Notes: generated from the sequence alone by a model not told the origin. A DNA stretch of 64,000 nucleotides from Verrucomicrobia bacterium UBA2281 (GCA_002347655.1 DDWR01000024.1:140971-204970), one strand, 5' to 3'. Counted from the first letter of the stretch, positions 1-9,274 are shown. Numbers and translations are program-made.

Positions 1-715
1 CGAGCATGGCGCGCCCATCGATGCCCGCAACGCGACCGGCTGGACCCCGCTCATGGCCGTCGCCAACAAAGGCCATCTCGAACTCGTCCAGTACCTCGTC
101 GAAAAGGGCGCCGACATCGAAGCCAAGAACCAGCACGGCTGGACCCCGCTCCTCTGGGCCGCGCTGAAGGGCTTCACGGACGTCGTCCGGCATCTCGCCG
201 ACCACGGCGCCGACCTCGACGCGCGCGGCGACGACGGCAGTCCGCCCCTGCACATCGCCGCCAGCGGCGGCTTCCTCGACGTCGTCCGCCTGCTGCTCGA
301 GCGCGGCGTGCCCGTGGGCGAGCCGAACAAGCTCGGTCAGCTGCCCCTGACCCTGGCCGCCCGGCAGGGCCATCTCGACGTCGTCCGCTGCCTCCTGGAA
401 AAAGGCGCGGACCTGAACGCCTGCGGCGCCGAAGGCAATCCCCCCCTGCTGCAGGCCGCCATCGGCGGACACCTCGACATCGTCCGCCACTTCGCCGACC
501 AAGGCGCGCAGATCGACGCCCGGAGCAAAAAAGGCCTGACGCCTCTCATGGCGGCCGCCAAAGGCGGCAACCTGGAAATCGTCCGCTTCCTGCTCGAACG
601 CGGCGCCGACGTCAACGCCCGCAACGACTACGGCAAGACCGCCCTGCGCCTCGCCGCCCTCGACCACCGCGACGACGTCGTCGTCTACCTCCAGCAGTGC
701 GGCGGTACGACCTGA
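1..715 (+). CDS. Ankyrin-repeat protein (5' partial, continues upstream of the window)
   Basis: ORF 53..715 plus in-frame upstream codons (EHGAPIDARNATGWTPLMAVANKGHLELVQYLVEKGADIEAKN...) form consecutive 33-aa ANK repeats (G-TPL--AA--GH--VV--LL--GAD). Confidence 0.85.
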   Translation, partial: EHGAPIDARNATGWTPLMAVANKGHLELVQYLVEKGADIEAKNQHGWTPLLWAALKGFTDVVRHLADHGADLDARGDDGSPPLHIAASGGFLDVVRLLLERGVPVGEPNKLGQLPLTLAARQGHLDVVRCLLEKGADLNACGAEGNPPLLQAAIGGHLDIVRHFADQGAQIDARSKKGLTPLMAAAKGGNLEIVRFLLERGADVNARNDYGKTALRLAALDHRDDVVVYLQQCGGTT

Positions 716-1059
716 TTCCTCCTGCTTCGACAGGATGAACTGGATTCTTCAGGATTCACAGGATTCCTCCCCCGCCTGAGTCCCGATTTTTGCCCCCCCT
801 TATAACCTCAACTGTCTTCCCGGCCATTCTGCGGCGAGAGGCGCATCTGCGATTCGGTGCCCCATTGGGGTCATATTGAGCGAAGGCGCGCCGCGCCGGA
901 GTCGAAATATCTGGGCACAATCCCGATGGCCAGCCTATGGGAACGGGCTGAGAACCCTCGACCCTCCTTCGCGCAAGGCTCCGGCGGGCAGGCAAGGCTC
1001 GGGATGACAGCCATGAATGATTAGGGCTTTTTGCAGGCATGCACCGAATCGCAGATGCG

Positions 1060-1084
1060 CACTGCGGCGAGCGCAGCCTTTTTC
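1060..1084 (+). terminator. Rho-independent terminator-like hairpin (CTGCG-gcgag-CGCAG followed by CC TTTTT) at the left edge of the low-GC R-M island
   Basis: GC stem and T-tract read directly from the sequence. GC content drops immediately downstream. Confidence 0.4.
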
Positions 1085-1094
1085 AGACGTTGAG

Positions 1095-2042
1095 TTAACC
1101 TAGTGATATCTTAAGGCTTGGATCCGTCTCGCACTCCTCGACTATCCCATTGTACGCCTCAACTAGCCTCCCGAGCGATCCCGAACGATCTTGGTTCTGG
1201 AATCCAATCCACTCGTAAACGTTGGTTGCCAAAAACTGACTGATTTCCAGTACGTCGATACGTCCTGAAATTCCTTCATTGTCGGCCAGCGCCTTGACCC
1301 CGCCGGTTCCGGCTTCGGTCGTGACAATCAAAGGGCGTAGCCCCTCTTGAAGATTGCGCTTGCACTTCCGGATCAAGGCATCGCTTGGGGCAACCGTGAC
1401 GTGAATGGCCGTGTCGCCGATTAAGAAATCACCTTTTGCGTGCACGGATGCATCCGCGGCAGAAAAACACTTGTGCTCCACTTTCGCCCGTGGAAGCGCC
1501 AACGAAAGCTTTGCCCCCACAAGATGCTCCAACACGGCGCCGACCACCATTGTTCCGCCGCTCTTCCTTTGCCTATCCAAGGCCAGCCCCAAAAGGTCCG
1601 CGACGATTTGACGCAAAGATGCTGATACATCCGCCTTAACTTTTATAGGCTGAGCGGCAAAATATGCTTTTACTTGCTCGATCCACCAGAGCTCTATTGC
1701 CGCATAATCAATCTTCGCCTGGCGTGCTAATTGATTAAGAAATGAAACATAAGCCCGCATTAAAGCCATACTCCCTCGACTAGTGCGTCCGCCTTCTTCC
1801 GAAAGGACGCGCTCTATGCCGTGTTCTTTTAGGATTGACTTAATCGCAGCGCCGCTTAGCCCGGCAACCTGCCCTTTTTTCCCCGTTAAAAACGAATCAG
1901 GAGAAAGAGGCATTGAAAGTCTGGATGCCATTCGGGTCAGAATAATAACCGTTGAGAGCGGCCCCTTGCCTTTCACAAAGTTATCTTCAGCAAACTTCGC
2001 AAGTAACGAGATGAGTTTTTGATTAGACGGCATTAGGAACAC
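1095..2042 (-). CDS. Putative type II restriction endonuclease (R subunit of the C-M-R cassette)
   Basis: 315-aa ORF in low-GC DNA immediately downstream of, and co-oriented with, the C5 methyltransferase (9-nt gap). Contains D...E-H-K / GD...E-x-K-like segments (KVEHKCFSAADASVHAKGDFLIGD). No family recognised with certainty. Confidence 0.45.
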   Translation of the reverse strand: MFLMPSNQKLISLLAKFAEDNFVKGKGPLSTVIILTRMASRLSMPLSPDSFLTGKKGQVAGLSGAAIKSILKEHGIERVLSEEGGRTSRGSMALMRAYVSFLNQLARQAKIDYAAIELWWIEQVKAYFAAQPIKVKADVSASLRQIVADLLGLALDRQRKSGGTMVVGAVLEHLVGAKLSLALPRAKVEHKCFSAADASVHAKGDFLIGDTAIHVTVAPSDALIRKCKRNLQEGLRPLIVTTEAGTGGVKALADNEGISGRIDVLEISQFLATNVYEWIGFQNQDRSGSLGRLVEAYNGIVEECETDPSLKISLG

Positions 2043-2050
2043 CCTTCATT

Positions 2051-3196
2051 TTAAGAGCTCTCTTTGCTTGCGATCTCATGCGCCAATGGATTTAGATAGT
2101 TATCGGCAATCCAATTGATTACAGGGACACATACTGCATCGCCAAATCCATACAACGCCTTGTCCAGCGCCACCTCTTTTAGACTGAACTCATCGGCCCC
2201 CATGAGTCGGGCGCATTCGCGCGCCGTCAACAAGCGCACTTTGACTTGATTGAAGCCAGCCTGAATTAGAATTTGCTTTGCGCTCCCGCCCTTAGGTGTC
2301 CTTAAACACCCCGCGATCCCATCCGTGCGAAGTTCGGCTTGAGACTTTCCATTTCGCACGCGGCGGAAAGCAGTACCATAGGACCACTTTCTCTGTCCCA
2401 TCATGGCCTTAAGTGCGGCTGCGTGCTTAACGCTCATTTGACTTAATAGATAATTAGTGCGCTTCTCGTTCCACCATATGGATGAATCATGTGGAACCGG
2501 CTCAATAATATCCTTCAACGTCTTCTCGGATTTTATCGGCGGCTCAGGAGTGGTTCTTATATGCCAAGAGATTTCCGGGTGTGAATATATGAATTCTGCC
2601 AACGCCCTAGGCCGAAGAGGTCCCTCATAGAAAACGGGGGTTTCGCGCACGATTTCGCAATATGGCTTACTCGGCAACGAACCAATTACAAAGAGCCGCA
2701 CCCTGCTTTGCGGCACAAAACGCGCAGCATCAATGATAAGAGCATCAACTTCATAGCCCAGCTCGTTCAATGCGAGCAACGCAGATTGAAAGTCTTTTCC
2801 GCCCTTCGAGGTCATGAATCCAACAACATTTTCAAGCATTACCAGCTTAGGTCTTCTTGGGCCAAGAGCTTCAAGGACGCGAATGAACCCCCAATAAGCA
2901 GATGATTGCTTTCCGCTTAAACCCATTCGCATTCCCGCCAACGATAAATCCGTGCAAGGAAATGATGCCGTTGCCAGTGTGGCCGCGGGAATTTTACTCG
3001 CATCAATTTTGTGGATGTCGTCGCATACAAAATGGGAAACAGCATCGGCAAAATGCCCGTCGTATAGAGCCTTCTTCTCTTCAGATATGTCGTTGGCGAA
3101 TACAACTTTCCACCCCGATTTTTCTAGTCCAAGGCGGACAAGTCCAATCCCAGCAAAATACTCTGCAACAGTTTTTTGTGTTTGCTCAGAAGCCAT
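2051..3196 (-). CDS. DNA (cytosine-5)-methyltransferase (Dcm-family type II MTase)
   Basis: Motif I FAGIGL, motif IV ASFPCTDLSLAG (catalytic PC), motif VI ENVVGF, and a C-terminal TRD. Low GC. Its start codon is 1 nt after the C-protein stop. Confidence 0.9.
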   Translation of the reverse strand: MASEQTQKTVAEYFAGIGLVRLGLEKSGWKVVFANDISEEKKALYDGHFADAVSHFVCDDIHKIDASKIPAATLATASFPCTDLSLAGMRMGLSGKQSSAYWGFIRVLEALGPRRPKLVMLENVVGFMTSKGGKDFQSALLALNELGYEVDALIIDAARFVPQSRVRLFVIGSLPSKPYCEIVRETPVFYEGPLRPRALAEFIYSHPEISWHIRTTPEPPIKSEKTLKDIIEPVPHDSSIWWNEKRTNYLLSQMSVKHAAALKAMMGQRKWSYGTAFRRVRNGKSQAELRTDGIAGCLRTPKGGSAKQILIQAGFNQVKVRLLTARECARLMGADEFSLKEVALDKALYGFGDAVCVPVINWIADNYLNPLAHEIASKESS

Positions 3197-3197
3197 G

Positions 3198-3422
3198 TTA
3201 TCGGCTTTTCCTTTCGATCTTTGCTACGAGATCGGAAGCTTTCAGTCCAAGGGCGAGCGCAATCTTGAAAATGGCTTTCAAGGTCGGGCTTTTCTTCCCC
3301 CGTTCAAGCTGGCTGATGTAGGTGCGGTGGTAGCCGCTTTCGAAGCCCAATTTTTCCTGCGTCAGGCCGCTTTTCTCGCGGGCTTTTTGCAGTTCTTCCC
3401 CGAACGCTTTTTCCAAAGTCAT
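3198..3422 (-). CDS. Controller (C) protein, XRE-family HTH regulator of the R-M system
   Basis: 74 aa with HTH segment LTQEKLGFESGYHRTYISQLERGKKSPTLKAIFKIALALG. Sits immediately upstream of, and translationally coupled to, the MTase (TAA-c-ATG). RBS AGGAAT upstream. Confidence 0.8.
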   Translation of the reverse strand: MTLEKAFGEELQKAREKSGLTQEKLGFESGYHRTYISQLERGKKSPTLKAIFKIALALGLKASDLVAKIERKSR

Positions 3423-3514
3423 GGTGTATTCCTAGAGCGCTTATTAAACCGCGCTGAACACTATTGATCTACAGACCATAGTATTCATTTCGCCGCTGAG
3501 AGCCTCTATTCATG

Positions 3515-3540
3515 GACGATAAGTCCATGGACGATGAGTC
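3515..3540 (-). promoter_or_regulatory. Tandem C-box operator (GACTCATCGTC-catg-GACTTATCGTC on the C-gene strand)
   Basis: Two 11-bp GACT-N3-(A/C)GTC boxes separated by 4 bp, about 95 bp upstream of the C-protein start. Closely matches known C-box consensus sites (GACTnnnAGTC pairs). Confidence 0.6.
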
Positions 3541-3660
3541 AGGTCGTCGCCCCCATTCGCGCTATTCCCGCCACGGGCGGGTAAGCCTTCCATTCGTAGT
3601 TGGCGCCCGTCCCCGCCCCCATCCTGTCCATCCTGTAAATCCTGTCTATGCTCCCCCGGA

Positions 3661-4230
3661 TTGCCTTCCGGGGCGGGGCGTGCCAGAGTGGGGGCCATGT
3701 CGGCGCCGGTTTCATTCACGACCCGCTATATCCGCGACGAGGAGCACTATGCGGAGGTGCTGCTGCGCGCGCGGGAGGCGAAGAAAACGCTCTGGATCGG
3801 CACGGCGGACCTGAAGGACGTCTTCGTGATGCGCGGCAAGCGCGCGCGGCCGTTCCTCGGCGAGCTGGCCGAGCTGATCGAACGGGGCGTGAGCGTCCGC
3901 CTGATCCACGCCAAGGAGCCCGGGCCCAATTTCCGGCGGGATTTCGACCGCTACCCCATCCTCGCGAGGGGCCTGGAACGGGTGCTGTGTCCGCGGGTGC
4001 ACTTCAAGCTGCTGATCGTCGACTTGCAGGCGGCCTATATCGGCTCCGCGAACCTGACCGGCGCGGGCATCGGCATGAAGAGCGACGGCAAGCGCAATTT
4101 CGAGGCGGGGATCTGGACGAACGAGCCGCAGCTGGTGGCCGCAGCCGTGGCGCAGTTCGATGCGGTCTGGATGGGCGCGCCGTGCGACGGCTGCCGGCGG
4201 AAGGAATTTTGCCGCGACGGGATCGAGTAG
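3661..4230 (+). CDS. Phospholipase D/Nuc-family (HKD) nuclease-like protein
   Basis: HKD motif HFKLLIVD...GSANLTGAG. TTG start at 3661 or ATG at 3697. Host-like GC. Located next to the R-M island. Confidence 0.8.
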   Translation: MPSGAGRARVGAMSAPVSFTTRYIRDEEHYAEVLLRAREAKKTLWIGTADLKDVFVMRGKRARPFLGELAELIERGVSVRLIHAKEPGPNFRRDFDRYPILARGLERVLCPRVHFKLLIVDLQAAYIGSANLTGAGIGMKSDGKRNFEAGIWTNEPQLVAAAVAQFDAVWMGAPCDGCRRKEFCRDGIE

Positions 4231-4332
4231 CCGGAAACGGGAAAACAGCCCCGGCCCCAACGGGGCCGGCTACAGGAAATCCAAGGCGGTGGGGTCCGCC
4301 CGAACGAAATCCTCCGGAAATCCGAAACGGGC

Positions 4333-6651
4333 CTAGTAGGTGTAGCCGATGGTGAAGCTGAAGCGGCCGCTGTCGCCGAGGTAGTCGTCGGTGTTGATGG
4401 GCCAGGCGTAGTCGAGCTGGATGGGGAAACCGGGGAAGTCGAAGCGGACGCCAATGCCGTAGCCGTCGCAGTATTCGCCGTCGCCCGTCGCGGGATTCTC
4501 GAGGTCCTCCTCGAACACGTCCTGCCAGACGATGCCGCCGTCGTAGAAGACCGCGAGGCGGATCTTCTCGAACACGGGGATGGTGTATTCGGCGGTGAGG
4601 GTCGCGGCGGAGCGGCCGCCGAGGGCTTCGCGGTCTTCGTCCTTCGGGCCGACCTTGCGATATTTGAAGGCGCGCACGGTGCGGGGGCCGCCCATGAACA
4701 GGCGGTCGAAGATCGGCACGCGGTCGGAATCGCCGTATTCCTCGATCATCGATCCCCAGCCGCGCAGGCTCAGGACGTGGTCGAACCACAGCGGGAAATA
4801 CTGGGCGGCGCGGAGCTGGAACTGGTAGGTATCGGTATCGCCGGCGAACGGCCCGCCGGCGAGCGTGGCGGCGACGGACCCGCGGAACCCGCGGGTGGCG
4901 ACGAACGTGCTGTCGCGGGTGTCGCGGATGAGTTCGACGGTGCCGTAGCTCTTCAGGCGGCCGCCGCCTTCCATCTGGATCAGTTCGCTGGCGTTGGTCG
5001 AGACGTCGTTGATGTCGATGTTTTCCAGGCCGTAGATCCAGTTGATGCGGTTGAAGCTGCGCAGGGGCTTGCCGAGGGTCAGGGCGCCGCCGGTGGTCAG
5101 CTGGTCGTACTCGTCGCTGTAGTAGCGGGCGTCGCGGCGGAACAGGTCCAGCCCGAGGGAGAGCCGCCGGTTCAGGAACCACGGCTCGACCAAAGACAGT
5201 TCCAGGTCGGTGCGCGAGCTGCCGATCTGGGCGCGCAGGCGCAGTTTCTGGCCGCCGCCGACCGGCCGCGGCCAGCCGAACAGGTCGAAGTTGCCCTGCG
5301 AGAGCTCCACGTAGCCGATGACGTTGTCGATGCTCGACACGCCGACGCCGACCATGAACTGGCCGGTGCGCTGTTCTTCGAGGTCGAAGACGAGGTTGAA
5401 GCGGTTGGAGACGGCGGTGTCTTCCGGATAGGCGTTGACGTAGGAGAAATAGCCCAGGTTCTGCAGGCGCCGCTGGCTGGAGCGGACCTTGACTTCGTTG
5501 TAGATCTCGCCGGGCGCGACGCCGATTTCGCGCCGGACGACCTTGTCCTGGGTCTGGGCGTTGCCGCGGATGTCGACGTTCTGGATGTAGGCCAAGGCGC
5601 CTTCGCGGATATGGTAGGCCACGGCGGCGGTGGCCGCGTTCGTGTCCAGGACGACGCGCGGGGCGACGTCGGTCTTGATGTAGCCGCGCGAGCCGTAGAA
5701 ATCGCGGAGGTTCTGCGCGCCGCGGTCGAGGCCGGCGAGCGCGGCGACGGCGCCGACCGGCACGGCGACGGCGCGGGCCATTTCGTTCGTGGGGAACAGG
5801 GTCGCGCCGTCGATCCGCCAGGCGCCCAGCTTGTAGAGCGGACCTTCGGCGACCGCGAAGGTCACGTCGATCTTCTTGCGGCCGACGTAGGCGATCGTTG
5901 GCTCGCCGACGACGGCGCCGAGATAGCCTCTGTCCATGAACACCTTGCGGATGGCCTCGCGGTCGGCCGCCAGACGGCCGGGCTCGTACATGCCGTCGCT
6001 GGTGAAGATGGACAGCCAATTGGACTGCCGCTGCATCATGACCTTGCGCAAATCGCGCGCGGAGACGTGGCGGTTGCCCCGGAAGCGGATCTTGCGGACG
6101 ATGGCGGGCTTGCCTTCGTCCACGGCCAGATCGACGTCGGCGAACTCGGGCTGGTCCTCGACGGGCCGGATGGTCCAGGTCACCTGGGCGTCGGGATAGT
6201 ATTCCTTGCGGTAGTGCTCGCGGACTTTCTGGGCCTTGAGGCCGAGGAGGGCGTCGTCGACGCGGTCGCCCGAGCCGATTTCCATCAGGGTGCGCACCTT
6301 CTTGTTGCCGACATGGTCCGCGCCCGCCACGGCGAGGCGGCGGATCCTGGGTTTGCCGGCCACGTGGAAGACGAGGATGGCCCCGCCGTCCGCCGCCGGC
6401 TCCAGACGGGCCTCGGCATAGGCGTACATGCCCGATTTCTGCAGCGCGCGGATGTCTTCGGAGAGCGCCGGGCGGTCGAGTTCGCGGCCGACGCGGGCGC
6501 TGACCTGCGCGAGCACCTGCTCCGCGTTGATCGGCACGGGGCCGATCGGCACGACGCGGACGTCCCGGATCGGGGCGGCGGCGGCCGCCGCCGCCCACGC
6601 GCCGAACACGGCCGCTGCGCAAACCCGGCGAAACAGGCGAAACCGGCTCAT
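4333..6651 (-). CDS. bamA: Outer membrane protein assembly factor BamA
   Basis: Signal peptide [31 protein letters not shown]-like N-terminal region and a C-terminal Omp85 barrel ending ...FSFTIGYTY. The six-frame track fuses it with upstream junk; the true ATG at 6651 overlaps the dnaB stop (ATGA). Confidence 0.9.
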   Translation of the reverse strand: MSRFRLFRRVCAAAVFGAWAAAAAAAPIRDVRVVPIGPVPINAEQVLAQVSARVGRELDRPALSEDIRALQKSGMYAYAEARLEPAADGGAILVFHVAGKPRIRRLAVAGADHVGNKKVRTLMEIGSGDRVDDALLGLKAQKVREHYRKEYYPDAQVTWTIRPVEDQPEFADVDLAVDEGKPAIVRKIRFRGNRHVSARDLRKVMMQRQSNWLSIFTSDGMYEPGRLAADREAIRKVFMDRGYLGAVVGEPTIAYVGRKKIDVTFAVAEGPLYKLGAWRIDGATLFPTNEMARAVAVPVGAVAALAGLDRGAQNLRDFYGSRGYIKTDVAPRVVLDTNAATAAVAYHIREGALAYIQNVDIRGNAQTQDKVVRREIGVAPGEIYNEVKVRSSQRRLQNLGYFSYVNAYPEDTAVSNRFNLVFDLEEQRTGQFMVGVGVSSIDNVIGYVELSQGNFDLFGWPRPVGGGQKLRLRAQIGSSRTDLELSLVEPWFLNRRLSLGLDLFRRDARYYSDEYDQLTTGGALTLGKPLRSFNRINWIYGLENIDINDVSTNASELIQMEGGGRLKSYGTVELIRDTRDSTFVATRGFRGSVAATLAGGPFAGDTDTYQFQLRAAQYFPLWFDHVLSLRGWGSMIEEYGDSDRVPIFDRLFMGGPRTVRAFKYRKVGPKDEDREALGGRSAATLTAEYTIPVFEKIRLAVFYDGGIVWQDVFEEDLENPATGDGEYCDGYGIGVRFDFPGFPIQLDYAWPINTDDYLGDSGRFSFTIGYTY

Positions 6652-8057
6652 GTGTCCTCCCCATCGGAACCGCCCAGGCGGTTGGAAAACCGCGTGAAGC
6701 GGTCGTCGAAATCCAGGCGGACTTCGCCCGTCGGCCCGTTGCGGTGCTTGGCGATTTCCACGATCGCCAGCCGCAGGTCGCCCGACTCCTTGTCGGAGGG
6801 ATACTTGCAGGGCCGCCGCAGCAGCATCACGACGTCGGCGTCCTGCTCGATGGCGCCGGAGTCGCGCAGGTCGGACAGCTTGGGCACGGCGGTCTTTTCG
6901 CGCGTTTCCGGCGCGCGGCTCAGCTGGCTGAGCACGAGGACGGGCACCTTCAGCTCCTTGGCCATGCCCTTGAGGGCCTGGGAAATGGCCGCGGTCTCGC
7001 GCTGGCGGCCTTCGGCGGCGAACTTGGAGAAATTCATCAGCTGCAGATAGTCGACGACGATGAATTCGACGCCGTACTTGCGCTTGAGGCGGCGGGCGCG
7101 GGCCCGCAGATCCAGCGCTTCGAGGCCGGCCGTGTCGTCCACGTAGATGGGGGCCTTGGCGAGGACGTCCATCGCCCCCATCAGCAGGCCGTGTTCCTCC
7201 TTGCCCACGTTGCCCGTGGACAGGTTCTGCGCGGGCACGCCCGCGTGGCAGCACACCATGCGGCGGACCAGCGATTCGGCGGACATTTCCAAGCTGAACA
7301 CGGCCACCGCTTTCGGCGGCTGGTTGCGCGCGCCCAAGGCGACGTTTTCGGCGACGTTGAGCGCCAGGGAGGTCTTGCCCATCGAGGGCCGGGCGGCCAG
7401 GATGATCAGGTCGCCGCCCTGCATGCCCAGCAGCATCCGGTCGATGTCCACGAACCCCGTCGAGATCCCCGTGATCCCCTTCTTTTCCGTGATGAGCCGC
7501 TCGACTTCGACCGCTTCCTGGTCGATCAGCTGCTTCCAGGTGCGTTCGACGCCGACCTTGCGTTCGCTCAGGCCGAAGAACGTCGACTCGGCCTCGCTGA
7601 GGAGCGATTCGGCTTCGGCCTCGCCCTGGTAGCAATTTTCGGTCACCTCGCGGGCGGCGGCGATGATGCGCCGCAGCAAGTGGTTTTCGTAGACGCGCTG
7701 GAGGTAGTATTCGGCGTGGGCGGTGGTCGGCGTGCCGGAGATGAGGCGGGCGAGTTCGTCCTCGCCGCCGACGGTCTCGAGATAACCCGTCTCGCGCAGC
7801 CGTTCGGCCACGGTGACGAAATCGACGGGTTTGCGGGCCTCGTGCAGGGCCAGCATGGCCTCGTACAGCGCCTGGTGGCGCTGCACGTAGAACGACTCGG
7901 GCGAGATCTGCCGCTCGACGCACAGATCGAGGACGCGGGCGGCGTCCTGCAGGGCGCAGCCCAGCACGGCCCGTTCGGCCTCTTCGCTGTGCGGGGGGAC
8001 GCGGTCGCCGGGACGCGGCGTCCGGGCGCCCGCACCCGCCTCTCCCGCTCCAGCCAC
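6648..8057 (-). CDS. dnaB: Replicative DNA helicase DnaB
   Basis: N-terminal PHSEEAERAVLGCAL, Walker A GARPSMGKTSLALNVA, and IVVDYLQLM motifs. Confidence 0.95.
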   Translation of the reverse strand: MAGAGEAGAGARTPRPGDRVPPHSEEAERAVLGCALQDAARVLDLCVERQISPESFYVQRHQALYEAMLALHEARKPVDFVTVAERLRETGYLETVGGEDELARLISGTPTTAHAEYYLQRVYENHLLRRIIAAAREVTENCYQGEAEAESLLSEAESTFFGLSERKVGVERTWKQLIDQEAVEVERLITEKKGITGISTGFVDIDRMLLGMQGGDLIILAARPSMGKTSLALNVAENVALGARNQPPKAVAVFSLEMSAESLVRRMVCCHAGVPAQNLSTGNVGKEEHGLLMGAMDVLAKAPIYVDDTAGLEALDLRARARRLKRKYGVEFIVVDYLQLMNFSKFAAEGRQRETAAISQALKGMAKELKVPVLVLSQLSRAPETREKTAVPKLSDLRDSGAIEQDADVVMLLRRPCKYPSDKESGDLRLAIVEIAKHRNGPTGEVRLDFDDRFTRFSNRLGGSDGEDT

Positions 8058-8070
8058 GTTCCGGCCTCCG

Positions 8071-8556
8071 CTATTCCGCGGCCGCGGGGGCTTCGGGCGC
8101 CTTCTCGGCGACGACCTTCACCTTCAGCGCGCCGCGCACTTCGGGGTGCAGGTGCAGGGGCGCTTCGTGTTCGCCGAGCGCCTTGAAGGGTTCGTACATC
8201 GCCAGCTGCTTCTTGGCCAGGACGACGCCGGCTTCGGCCAGCTTCGCGAGCACGTCGGCCGGGCTGACGGAGCCGAACAGGCGGCCTTCGGCGTTCGCCT
8301 TGACGGCGCAGGTCACCGTCAGCTTCTCCAGCTTCTGGAGCAGGGCTTCGGCCTCTTCCTTTTCCTTCGCGAGGCGGACGACCGCTTCGGCGCGCTTCTT
8401 CTCGATGAGCCGCTTGGTGCCGGGCGTCAGCGTGACGGCGAGCTTCTGCGGAAAGAGAAAATTGCGGGCATAGCCCGAACGGACGCGGCACGCATCGCCG
8501 GAACGGCCCAGTTCCGGCACGTCGTCCAGCAAGATCACTTCAATGGATTTTCCCAT
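8071..8556 (-). CDS. rplI: 50S ribosomal protein L9
   Basis: MGKSIEVILLDDVPELGRSGD... Confidence 0.9.
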   Translation of the reverse strand: MGKSIEVILLDDVPELGRSGDACRVRSGYARNFLFPQKLAVTLTPGTKRLIEKKRAEAVVRLAKEKEEAEALLQKLEKLTVTCAVKANAEGRLFGSVSPADVLAKLAEAGVVLAKKQLAMYEPFKALGEHEAPLHLHPEVRGALKVKVVAEKAPEAPAAAE

Positions 8557-8578
8557 GGCCCAATGCCTTTCCGCCGCC

Positions 8579-8821
8579 TTACGGCAGCAATCCCATCACC
8601 CGCGCGCGCCGGATGGCGCGCTTGACCTGGCGCTGTTGCTTCGCGTTCGCGCCCGTGACGCGCGCCGGCACGATCTTGCCGCGTTCGGTCATGAATTTGC
8701 GCAGGAATTCGTAGTCGCGATAGTCCACCACCTGGTCGGCTTTCAGCAGGCGCACGCGCGTCCGCGTCGCGTCGTCTTGCTTGGCGCGCCGCCCGGGCCG
8801 TTTCTTGTTGTCTTTTTTCAT
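8579..8821 (-). CDS. rpsR: 30S ribosomal protein S18
   Basis: [24 protein letters not shown] motif. Confidence 0.9.
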   Translation of the reverse strand: MKKDNKKRPGRRAKQDDATRTRVRLLKADQVVDYRDYEFLRKFMTERGKIVPARVTGANAKQQRQVKRAIRRARVMGLLP

Positions 8822-8839
8822 GTCTTTTCCGCTCCGTGT

Positions 8840-9274
8840 TTAAAAGGGGATGTCTTCGTCGGCCGCCGGCTTGGCCAGCGGCTCTTCGTAGGCCGGCGCC
8901 GCAGCGGCGGGGGCCGTGTCGCGGCCGGCGCCGTCGCGGCGGGGGCCGCTGAGGAACTGGACGCGTTCCGCGCGCACCTTCAGGCGCGTGCGCTTCTGGC
9001 CGGTTTCCTTGTCGTCCCAGCTGTCCATCTGCAGGCGGCCTTCCACGAAAATGGGCGAGCCCTTGGACAGGTATTGCTGGCAGGTTTCGGCCTGGCGGTC
9101 CCAGACGTCGACGTCCAGGAACACGGTGCGCTCGACCTTCTCGCCGCTCTTGTTCTGGAACGACTCGTTGACGGCCATGCGCAGCGTGGAAACGGCCGTG
9201 CCCGACGGGGTCCGGCGCACTTCGGGATCCTGGGTGAGGTTCCCGATCAGCATCACTTTATTCAGCGCCGCCAT
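8840..9274 (-). CDS. ssb: Single-stranded DNA-binding protein
   Basis: MAALNKVMLIGNLTQDPEVRRTPSG... OB fold with acidic tail DEDIPF. Confidence 0.9.
   Translation of the reverse strand: MAALNKVMLIGNLTQDPEVRRTPSGTAVSTLRMAVNESFQNKSGEKVERTVFLDVDVWDRQAETCQQYLSKGSPIFVEGRLQMDSWDDKETGQKRTRLKVRAERVQFLSGPRRDGAGRDTAPAAAAPAYEEPLAKPAADEDIPF

Noticed and set aside
3512-3814. 100-aa plus-strand ORF beginning MDDKSMDDESGRR
   Set aside because: The repeated MDD motif is just the translation of the tandem C-box direct repeat (CATGGACGATnAGTC twice). The rest overlaps the PLD-like gene out of frame.
4004-6664. 886-aa minus-strand ORF, and the 757-aa plus-strand ORF at 4777..7050
   Set aside because: Arg/Pro/Gly-rich translations with no domain content. 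They lie in alternative frames of the real bamA gene (4333..6651), which has a clear signal peptide and Omp85 C-terminus. Typical GC-rich shadow ORFs.
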